Positions 22,141-34,100 of a stretch of 64,000 nucleotides of DNA are shown one piece after another (the first letter of the stretch is position 1; each line of letters opens with the position of its first letter). The stretch is taken from the NCBI GenBank assembly GCA_047495785.1, contig JBLDXI010000003.1, positions 248,001 to 312,000 of the forward strand, in the 5' to 3' direction. A program made the translations under genes and the position numbers. The notes under the pieces were generated by a model. That model searched no databases, was not told the origin of the DNA, and was given only the letters and a program-made list of their open reading frames with translations. Origin of the DNA: Lepidodermella squamata (lineage: Eukaryota > Animalia > Gastrotricha).

Positions 22141-25100
22141 ATGGCCTGGATGCTTCTTTCTGTTATGTTGGTCGTACCCATAGTCCCGGCTGCAACTGTG
22201 AACAATACTCAGAGCTGGAACTGCACGATACAATGCCTGAATGGAGGCAACTGCTCCGACTCGAATATCTGTACTTGCCCGGAAGGATGGACTGGTTACG
22301 ACTGTAGCACTCGTGCGTTTTACCGAAATCAAACTCATTTTCTCAGCAATCGATTATGCATATACATGTTCAAAACCACTGAGCTTAAGCTCTCTCTTTT
22401 TTTAATATCCCTTCTGGAGTTTTTTATATAGTTTTATATTGCTTTCTTTTAGCATTTTGCTACACTTGTCAAAACGGCGGTGTCTGCGTTGCGCCCAACA
22501 TCTGCAACTGCACCGTTGGCTGGGACACCGGTACGGGTTGCGATCCGTGCCCGAGTGGGTGGACGGGATATAACTGCACCACCTGTAAGTCTCGAAGCTG
22601 ATTTTCCTGAAATACTTTTGTGGCGCGATAGAAATAGTTTATTTGTGACTTGTTGCCCTGCGAGCTGTACTCTCACCGGGCCTACCTCAAGGGATCGGCA
22701 GCGAAGCCCAATTCCGGGCCCCCTTAGGCGGCCCCCAACAATGATGCGCACTCAGAGGGTAAAAATGGACTTGAGCTCAAACGCCTAGTCGAAGTTATTG
22801 TAAATTAAATTTTTGAAAGGCCTGATGTCGAAAGGCTAGTTTTGACTTTCCAAATTCCCGATTCCGCGAAGGTCAGACGATTCCCTATCGATTGGATATG
22901 TTGCTATCGCGCCGATTTTTTCCGTAGTCTGACCGTAGTAATTTCAGTAGTTTTTCCGTAGTTTTTCCGTAGCGCTAATTTCTACTGTAGAAGCAGCAAA
23001 TACGGTTAAAAATATCAAAAAATACATAAAAAATGCAGTGAGGGGGCGCAGTGAATCGAACCACCAATACTGACTTGTATATTAAATCAACCATGCCCCC
23101 CAATCAATTATGCCACACACTACTTTACAGAGTAGAATGCGTTTAACGGGCTGATCTCCTTGAGGATATATGAAATACATACCTATTAGAATCAAGGTAA
23201 GCATCGGAAAATGGGAGGATGTAAGGTGAAAAGATTAGAGCGCGCCACTGTTATGACACTGTTTAACGGTTGTGACGCGTCAAAAACGCCAATTTGGCTC
23301 AACGGCTCAAAAAGTACTGTATTTTCAGGGGTGTTTTGCGGCCAATTTTCAATGCCAGGGAATCTTTCCTTCGGGTTCTAACCATGACAATCGCATAGAG
23401 CGCCCTCAGTTCCATGATCCCCAGAGATTTCAAGCCCCCGGGCGCCACTGTTTAGCAGTTGTGACGCGTCAAAAACGCCAAATTTTCGCAAGTGATCGCA
23501 TTTTGGGGTGACTTTGCGGCCAATTTTCAATGCCAGGGAATCTTTCCTTCGGGTTCTAACCATGACAGTCGAATAGAGCGCCATCAGTTCCATGATCCCC
23601 AGAGATTTCAAGCCCCCGGGCGCCACTGTTTAGCGGTTGTGACGCGTCAAAATCGCCAAAACCGCGCTCCCCGACTTTATCCGGGAAATTTTACCTCAAA
23701 CTGCCCCCGCCACTTCAGTGTAGTTTTCGACGTTCATTCCCGACGAGACAATGACGTCTTCAATTGAAAATAGTTTGATAAATTCATTTTCAAAGTATCT
23801 GGCACATATTTTGTTTAAGTTTTCTTACCGTAGTACTTGCCGTAGTTTTTCCGTAGTTTTACCGTAGTGCTACGGAAAAACTACGGTAGAAATCGTATAT
23901 AGTGAAAAAATTAAGGGAAAAATTTCTACGCACCTCTCAGGTTTCGAGAAGCGAATGCGCGCTCACCCGGCGCCCAAAATCTAAGTTGCGCATAGGGTAA
24001 ACATTTTTTCATTCATTTTTTTCCCGCGATGACACCGAATTCAATCGATAGAGAATTGTCTGAATTGTTATTTGCTTGAATAAAAACCGAAGTGATGTTT
24101 GAAAGTATTTCTTTAACATCTTCGCGCGCAGTATCAAGTGGGTTAAAAATCATGACTTGACCAGCGCGTATTAGTCGCATTAAGGTTAAATTTGCGAAGA
24201 ATTCTTTCGCGCCACAACCGATTTCGATTCATAAAAACGTTGCATATGACGTTGCATATTTTCCGAATATAGATACGTGTGATGGAGGTTGCTGGAATGG
24301 AGGTACATGCAAAGGTCCTAATATTTGCGTATGCAAGAGCGGATGGACGGGTGAATCTTGTTTTTTTGGTAGGTTCTCTTTTAGTTTTTACTGCAGGGCC
24401 GTCGCTCCGGTTTTCAGAGACGCTTCTGATGGCTTCGTCCAGGACAGTTACCAGCTGCCCCTTTATTTTCATACTTTGTATCTGAATTCAATTAGGGTTG
24501 AAGATACTTTGATTCCCTTACTTCCTTACAATGCTGGAAAAATTGTATAATCTATGCCATTCGATCCTTCTTGTTTGTCACTTGTAATCAGTGCTTCTCA
24601 ACCTTTCCCCGTATTGGGCAATTTTCTAACTCATTTTCCATGCCTGCGGGCCGCATGACTTGGGCCCTCGCCGGCGGGCCGCATTTTTATAATGTAAGCA
24701 AACAACAAATATTATTGCTGTTTAGTTGCCATGAAATTTGAAACACAAAAAATTCAACAAAAATTGGGCATTCATGGGTAGGTGTTGAGTATGTACTAGG
24801 AATTATCAAATAAGTATCATGAGAAAGTTTGATGAGCTAGCAATGCCGTTTCATCTCATCGCAAATACAGGGAGTCCGTAAAGTCATAGAGGCAATATAA
24901 ATATATAGCATAGTACATTATATAGCAAGGGAAAAATCGATAATCTAGCATTTTTTCTGGATCGTATAATAATAATAATGTACGAACCAGGCGAACACCA
25001 TGAAAAACCAGGTTGCTTTTACCGAATTCTCACCGGAAAACAGCGATATCATTCTAGTCATGACAGTAGATTCCTTCTTTTTTGTAGCCAAAGTGATTTT

Positions 25101-28100
25101 GTTAATAAGCTTAACATTTTCACCGAAGGAAATTTTAAAAGTTGATTAAAGAAGACATCTAATGTCGGATGGAATGAGTTTTTGTCCCAAATACCACTTG
25201 GTTCCAAGCGTTCCACTTTGAATTAATTAATTGTACACGGTCAACTCATTTGTTGCATCTCATCTTCGTGGATGGCCAAGTTTAAACGCTTTTTACCGTG
25301 GACACATCTGATGATCACAGAAATACTTTCAAACCTAATGGAAATAGCTGGTGAAGTCATGAAAATTGGTTTCGTCCGTTACTTTCACCGTGTATTTTCA
25401 GATTTCCTTCGGTGAAAGTATAAGAATTACTACAAAGAACATTAATCTCCTAACATAATAATTAAATGCACGGTGAAACGGGTTGAAAATTCTCAGAAAG
25501 ATTACTCGCGGAGTAATCTGACCGAGTACCGTAGGATTTCAAAATCCCGCCGGTGGGTTTTCATTTATTAAGCGTATTCGACCTTGAAACCACCAATTTG
25601 TATGAATTGTTCGTTCGCTCCGTCGTGTTAGACTCGTCCAATTACTCTTGCAGCAGGAATAATCGTATGCGATACGCGTGACGAGCTTTGGAATTTATCT
25701 TCCAAAGCGGATTTACTGAGGTAAAAAGGTTGCTTCCTTCAACCTGAGAGCGAAGTAGGACAGCAGAAGTGGCTAAGATAATGTTGAAAATCATTGGTCT
25801 TCGACTTTGCGAACCGATTGAACTGGTATGAATGACTCCTACCATCCCTGGTGGTACCTCGCTCTCTGCTAAAACTGCTGAAGTCCTATTTCCGCCCTAT
25901 TCCTATTCCCCACGGGTCACAACTTGGATTCACGTAAAAATGTTGTTCTTTTTATTTTCTCATTAGCCAATAATTAGAAAAAATCGCTCAAGCATTTCAC
26001 ATTAGACTCCAGAAAGCGTGAGTTTAGCTACACCTGTGACCGAAGCGAGCAGCGAGCTTTAGCTAACGGTATTTTACCGTAATTTTGGATGAAAATATCC
26101 TAAAATATGCTGATTCTCGCGCCATGACCCTGAATCCCTCCCCGCGGGGCACCCAACCTGCCGGAGATGCGTCCTAACTCTCACTGTCCTTGCGTCCTTG
26201 AACTTGATACTTTCAGCGATAGAGATCAAACTGGTTAGGGAGTCAGAGCAAGCTGCAAGTTTTCGAATCATGACTGTATTCATCTTCGGTTCCTGCGGAA
26301 CCTCGATTCATACAGTCATTCGTACAAGAAAAGTGTTTCTGTATTCTGAGCCATCCAAGATTGCTTTTCTCCTCTGTATCTGCTAAAAACTCGGAGAAAC
26401 GTAGCTAGAAAGTGCGGGAAAAAGTGATCTTGTATCTTGTATAGGAAAATGCGATAATAAAAAGTCCATCTTAATAAAAGTGTTTCTGTATTGTACAGGA
26501 ATACAGAAACACTATTTCTGTATCGTTTTTTAGCCTCAATCATAGGAGAAAACGTCTTTTTGGTCCCTTCATTTTCTGCTTCTGTTGTATTCAGAGCAGT
26601 ACGTTCCTCTGTGACAGTGGATTCTCTGATCGGCCATGCAGTGCTCAGTGCCTCTGTCTTTCTCACAGTCATATTATTATTATTATATCACGATCGATGA
26701 AAAAAAACAAGATTATCGATTTTTCCCTTGCTATGTAATGTACTATGCTACATATTTATATTGCCTCGACTTTACGGACTCCCTGTAGAAACTAGAAAAT
26801 CATAACTGGAATTTATTTACGCAACATGTTTGCAAGGCATTTAAGGCATTTTAAAAATTCATTAGCGTGAATGAACGAATAAGGGAATGATTGGCTTTAT
26901 TAATGGTATAAGCTGCGTTAACCTCAGTGGGGTAGCCATGATTTTGTTTGGGGGTGATAATTTTTCACCCTCGGCCTCGAAAAACTCGCGAGCGCGAGCT
27001 TTAGCTGACGCTTTTTTGGGCATTTTTACCCGAAAATGGGCTAAAAATGCATTAAAATATGGATGATCCATAGGAACCCTGTAAGTTGGACTTTCGGGCA
27101 TCGCTTGAACCTTAAAGCTATTCGAAAATGATTGATAACAAGCTTGCGGGCCGCAACCAAAACAAGTTACCTAGTTGTGTACAGTGCTGCACAAAATCGG
27201 GCTGCGAAAAGTGAAGGTTGAGAAGCACCGCCTGTAATTATTGCTTCATTTGCTTACTCAGTGAACGCGCAAACTCGGTTTTTTTCGGGCCGCTTGCGGA
27301 AATATTTTATACCACATAAAAATAGATCACTCGTTCTGTATGCGCTTAGGATCACTTAGAACTTCGGAAGTAACGTTGAAGGAATCGCTTCTTTTGAAAG
27401 TTGTGGGGAAGCAGTCGGCTTAGGTAGTAGAATAAGTTTGTTTTTAAAGTCAGGGGAATTAACCTCCTTTTGAAGGCCAATTTTAATTAGCCGCCTCTGC
27501 TAAACGCAATCGGACTCTTTGCTTGATGAAAGAAGCCTATGTTTGTGCGGTCGAAGAAAGGTTTATTTATTTATTTATTTATAAGCTTTAACGCCCAGAA
27601 GAGGGCAGCTTGACAAGAGGTAGTTTGAAAGTGAAACATGTAATTGCAGGACAGTTTACAGATGAATAGGACATTGGCAAATGATAACAAAAATTGCTTT
27701 TTACGAGTGCAGATAGTGTAGTAGTGATGTAACAACAATTTTTAGGCAACAACAATTCTTGACAAGCTGGATAGCTTTATAAAAATATAAGATACATACA
27801 AGACAAAATCAAGGCTAATTTATATTCAATTTCAATTTGCCGGCATTATTGGAATAACAATACTGATAAACAGCTTCACGACATTCCTGCGCTGATTCTG
27901 CTTGATGTGCTGCCGTCGGAAGCTGGTTCCACCAATCAGGCCCGCGGCAGCCTAAACTGAGTGCACCGCGCTCTTTGCGCTCTGTTGGCTTGATCATTGG
28001 CTCAAAGTGACGAAAGCCGTACGCGCTGGCTTCGTTCAATTGGAATAGTGTTTGCAACATTGATGGCGCTTGTTGATGTAGACAGTTCCAGATGAATGTA

Positions 28101-31100
28101 GCAAGGTGGATCGCGTGTTTTTGATTCACATCGACCCAACCTAGACGGCGTCTTAATGGTTCGGGATCAGCCAAGGGATGTGCACCGCAAATGACACGAA
28201 TGGTCCGATCTTGAGTTGATTGCAATTTGGCTAGCGAACTCGGCGCTGCCTGACCCAGCGTGATGTCACCGTAATTCAAATGACTAAACACAAGCCCGTT
28301 GGCCATCATAATCGCCGTCTTTCTATCGACAAACTTGACGGCCAAGCGAAGGGCGTAGAGCCCTCTTCTCGCCTTGCTCTTGGCACTCCTTATTTGTTTC
28401 TTGAAGGTGAGTTTGTCGTCGATGATAAATCCGAGAGTTATCATTTCATTTGACGGTTGGACAACCGCATCGCCGATAGTGATAGCGAAGTTTGGAGCCG
28501 AAGGAACGGCGCACTTGAGTATCATTGTATCTTGAGTAGGTCTGATTGTATCTGCGACCAAAGCCAAGGCTTTTCGGCCGCCAAAAATGCCGGCGAAGGA
28601 TAAAGTTTGCGGAGCACTGCCCGGACAAAAAAGTTTGAGTAAATTAACATTGTAAATTCCTGTATTCTTGTGTAAATTGCAGTTTATTTTGGTATTTTCA
28701 TGTAAGCAGATCAGGAACCAGCTCAGCGATCCGGAATTCAGCGTTGTAAAACAGGGTGTTTCGATTTTCGGCCGAGAAACTTCATGGAAATTCGGGTAAT
28801 CCCTGAAATTCGGTCATGTAAACTCATGGATTTTCGTCCTTAAGTTATTTCTTCGATGTATTTCAATGGAAGCTGAACGAGTTTTCGACTGGAATATCCT
28901 CACATGATTTTACATCCGGAAAAAGACGTTGTATTCTCATGTAGGAAGATCGATTGAATAAAAAATGGGTGTTGCTATTGGCACATAATTATGTGCCTCT
29001 TATTGGCTATTGGCACATACATTATGTGCCTCTTAATGGCTATTGGCACATAACGCTAATTTCAATTTTCGATGTTTTAGAAAGTCACGCATCGAAATGT
29101 TCAACGAGTATTGATATTAGGGTTTTCGTCAACGGGGAATCGAATGGCGATATCGAAATTGCAGTCATGGGCCCGCAAATCGGGGTATCCGTCATCTAAT
29201 GGGTAGCCCAAGTAGAGTATCTGAAGTCTATCGCACAGTTACGTGAAATCCGACGATTCCAGTGAATTCGCCGCCCTTAGATTGCTAATGCAACGTTGAA
29301 ATGCTGTTATCTGGGAATTAAACTCCCGAAAAAAGCAGTTGAATGAAAAATGTTATGTGCCAATAGCCATTAAGGGGCACATAATGTATGTGCCAATAGC
29401 CAATAAGAGGCACATAATTATGTGCCAATAGCCACACCGATAAAAAATAAATAAATTTTGAAAATGCAGCCGATAATACCCTCATTTTACTGCTCGAATT
29501 TTCAAGTCTGAGCCGCAATTGACTTTACATGAAATTACACGATCGGAAATTTCACGGAATTTCAAGGGAACTTCGGTTCATTGTATTTCTGGAGAAATCA
29601 GAGTGGTTACACGAAAATACACGGAGTAAAAAAATGAGAAATACTGGCAATTTTTAGCTCAAAAATCACCGTGTAAATTCACGTAGACTGGTTGTGTAAA
29701 TAACGATTCGATAAGTAGCAAATTTTTGACAAATTGCAGGTAAGCTTCGGAGGAAAACAGAATTTAGGTGAGTTTCAATTACGCCAAAATGTTAAAAATT
29801 CGGGCGTGTGGAATTTTGTTGAGTGTTAAGGCGGCTCAAAATCGTAGTCAATTATTGGGACGATTTTCGAAAAATGACATAGACGAGTGCGCCGATTTTT
29901 ATATGATTTTTATATTTCAGGTGAAATCCCCGTAAATTCAGTAAATTTGGTTACAAATTCAGCTGGTTTTCAAACCTGACTGAAAAACCTGAATTTTCTC
30001 TGATTTTGCTGTTCCGCGTTTAAAATTTTTTCAAAATCCGATCATAGTTCGGCAATATTACTCTGAAATGTTGTGTTTTCAATCTCGCGCCCCCGAGCTA
30101 CTCTGCCTTATTCAAGTTTTTCAGCGACTAATAATTGCAATAAAACCTACCAAAAAAAATCACCCATTTGGATAGAAAAAACACGTTAAATGTGAGGAAA
30201 TTTGGATGAGAGAATAAACAAGCTATCGCTAAAATTTGATAATTAGTTGTTTAATTACCGTATTTTACGAATTATTACGCAGGACCCAATTATAGGGCAG
30301 AACCGGAATAAAGGGCAGAGGGTAATGGTCATTTGAAACAATAAAGGGCAGAACCGTATTAATAGGCAGGGCCTTGTATGAAGTGACTTCAATGAGCGCC
30401 TGCTGACTTTGGATAGGTTGCGATTTTTCGTAATTTTTCGGTAAGTGCACTAATGGTCCTTTATCCATCTTAATCCACTTGAACAAATACTTCACGCGTG
30501 TATAGTCACAGGTGGACGGCAGTAGCTATAGTGGTTATTCGGCGGTTGTAACTGTTCACCTAGGTACTCTTCAGGTGACTGATTAAGTTCGAAAAATTAG
30601 AGTGCAGAGCCGAAATACAGGGCAGAACCTGAATACAGGGCAGGACTTGAACCTCGTTTGAAAAAATGCAGGGCAGGGTCTTATAATTCGTAAAATACGG
30701 TATTTCAATTCTGGGTCAATTCGTCCGCGGTTAAGTCGTCCAAAATGGCCCCAAATTTACTAACAAATGTTTATTTCGAATTGGAAAAATAAAACAATGA
30801 AAATTTTGAATAAATTTAGAATACATTTTTCTCGAAAATGTCTAAATTTGCAGGTAAAAGTGCCAAATTCAAAATAATTTTTATAACGTCCTGGCAGGCA
30901 AAATCGCTATCATAATTGTCATCAAACATTTTATTTATCTGTTAAAAATTGAAATGAAACATTTTTCGATGAGCAATTTCACACAATTCGAATGCGCTTA
31001 AACCTTGAGGTAGAATTTAAATTTAAATTTTTATTATAATTTACATTAAATTTCGCGAATTACATAAAATTTAAGGGCTAGCTATTCATCGATTGCGGAC

Positions 31101-34100
31101 AGAAATGAGCAAGCCCCTACAAAATGTACATGCTGTCTTAAAAAAATCCTTCTAAATTCGTAGTGAGAGAAATAGGACCGAAGAAAAATGTAAAAAAATT
31201 GAAAATAAAAACAATTTTAAATAACGCGCTGACCATTGTTACGTGACATCTGGCACGTGCGCCTTAGGACAAACTAAGTGGAGTGAGAGCCACACAGTTA
31301 ATCGCGATTTTTTTCGTCGTTTCAAATCAGGTCAATTTGTTATTTCATGCAGCTCGCTTTTTGATTGAACAAACAGGCCGGCCGACCTCGTTTCGATTGC
31401 GTGGTGCGAAGTCAAAGGTGAGCAGGTAAAGCAATTTATTCTCGAGATTTATTTACTGTCCGCTTTGGTCGTTCTTTAGCTATATTGGCCGCGCCAGATC
31501 AAGCCCGGGACTTTCAGCAATTCGATAATATCAATTTCACGAGAACTATTCCGCGGCTATTCAAGCCGCCAGTCGATGCCATCTTAACCATTCTACCTGA
31601 GTAAGTAATAATTTTGCCAGGTAAATGACTAAAACTAAATGCAACGTAGATAACATCTTCTACGATATAGAATTAAACAGGCCATCCCTGTCATTAGCAG
31701 TTTTTTTCTCGAAACCTTGGGTTTTATTTTGAAAATTTGTCATCGTCATCGTAACTACTTGGACCGTGGATTAAAAATTATTTTCAGGATTTTAATTTAT
31801 AAATTTCAATGTAATTTTCAATTTATTAATTTCAATTTAATTTTAAATTTCGAAGCTATTTTAGCTAGAAAATGTTATCTCCGCTAAATTATGTTTATCG
31901 ATAAAATTAAGAGGGCTGTGATCGAAAGAGTAATAAATTTGTTATAAATTTATTTTTTGCTTATAACGCTAATATAAATCGCTCGCGCTAAGTTTTATGT
32001 GCAGCAAAAAAATACTGTGATTTTTTGCTGCTGTTTGAGTTCTAATATTCTCTTACGTTATTCACGTCATTTGGGTCATTTCCTTCATTCATAAATTTTG
32101 ACATTGCGCGCAGAGGTGAAACACTGCCCTCGCGGTCTGCATAGCCAATGGCCTCAAGACGACGTTCCAATTCTTTTGTTGAATCTGGAAAGCTAGTTTT
32201 TACCATTTTTCTCAAGAAAATAATCGTGATACAAAAACTACCAAAAGCTAACTCGATTTTCAATCCGCCAATAGCCGCATTTTTCGTGTCACAAACTACA
32301 TGTATGCTGATGCCTTTCTTTTGTGATTTTAATCACAAACGAGTTTTCCCCAGCTTGAAAAATTTACCCTCTCACGCCTTATTTGGCATAATATTGAAGT
32401 GCCTCGTAAAAAGCTGCCATTTCGAATGATGCAATAGCTAGATTTCAAGTCATCGAATGATTGTGGAATTTGCCAAAGGAGAAAAATATTTCTCAGGGGT
32501 AATGCCAGCTACTATAGCTTCTTAATCTGCTAAGAAAGCTGTTAGATACCAGTTAAAAGGTAACAGGTGTGCGATGAAATTGAATGATAACACTCAATCT
32601 ATCATATATTTTGAAACTCGTGATTCGATTTACCGGTTTATCGAAAACGATCTGCTGAAACTAGTGATAATGACTGTAGTAAAGAATGCAATTGAAGCAG
32701 CAGAATAGGCAGAATAGGCAATAATATAGCACCAACAATAAAAAGTTTACGATAGATTTTTTTTCTGTGTCACACTATAACGTCATTATAATGTTGTTAT
32801 AAATCTTATTTATGTACGATCACAGCCCTCTAATTTAAATAAAAAAATTAGAGATGAATGACTATGCACACAAATGCTGCAAAACATGCAGAAATTAAAA
32901 AAAAATAGCCCAAAATTTAAAGCACTTCCCAAAATTCTTAAAAATTATTTCCAAATTTAAAAAAAATGTTATAATTTGGATTTAAAAATAAAAAATGTGT
33001 GTTTGCATGTAACAAGATCCTTTCTGATTTTTCAGACTATTACTGATTTTTCCCAGCAAAATTTGCCATTTCTTCAACCATAATTCGTTTTCAAGTTTTT
33101 CTATTTAAAAAATGGAAACCTCTCAAAATTCCTTCTGCGTAATAATTGAATATTAGATGAAAATATCATTCTATAGCGGTATTTTTCATATTTTTTCCAA
33201 TAAAAAATCAATTTATTCGAGGAGGGCAAAAATCTGAAAAACTTGTTTCATTTTTGCATAATTTTCATTTAATTTTGACTTTAAATTCCTTCAGTTTGTA
33301 AGCAATGGCCTCAATTTCCGCGATCTTCTCGAATATCCTGAAACGTGGTCAGTTGAATCCACCATAAATTTATTTTATTCAAGTTTTTACTTTGTCCGCA
33401 TTTTATGTCACGTCGTTGATCAAACCCGAAAACAATCAGCAATATGAAAGTAAGAAGACTCCGACAATTTTAGAGAAAATTAAAACACTTTGAGACAGCG
33501 TTTTACCCAAAATTAACAACAATTTAAAAATAATTGCATTTAAATTTTGTTGCTTGAGGCTTGAGGAATCATTTTGGCGGATTTTGTCATTCCATTCAGT
33601 TGAACTTTCAATTTTCAGAGATTTCGCACAAGATCGGCGAAGTAAATGTCCTGATGCTGCTGCTGATTTTGAAATTCAGGTGATCAAACGTCGATGTCAT
33701 ATTGCTACTACGACTACATTTTCGGTTACTTTCAGCTGAATCCTGTTGCAACCATGAGCAGAAGCTGTTCATTTTAGGCTGAATTCCTGGCTGTTCTGGA
33801 AACGCCTCATGGTTCGCATGTTAGGGCAAAAGATGCGCCAAAGAGATGACAATAAAATAACGATTTTTCTCCATTTTTGTGCTTTTCGCGAAATCTCTGA
33901 AATTTGATATTTTCATGAAAAATGCCGTTGATGTGAAAATCGTCATTTCTGTGGAAATTGGTATTTTCATGATCTTTTCATGCTGCCATTTTTGCGCTTA
34001 TCGCACCAGTTTTCACGATTTTTCTCCCATTTTATCGAATTATGTGTGAAAAATGTGTTTTCCTACATTTTGCTGTGCCTGTGGTTACACGGAATTACAC

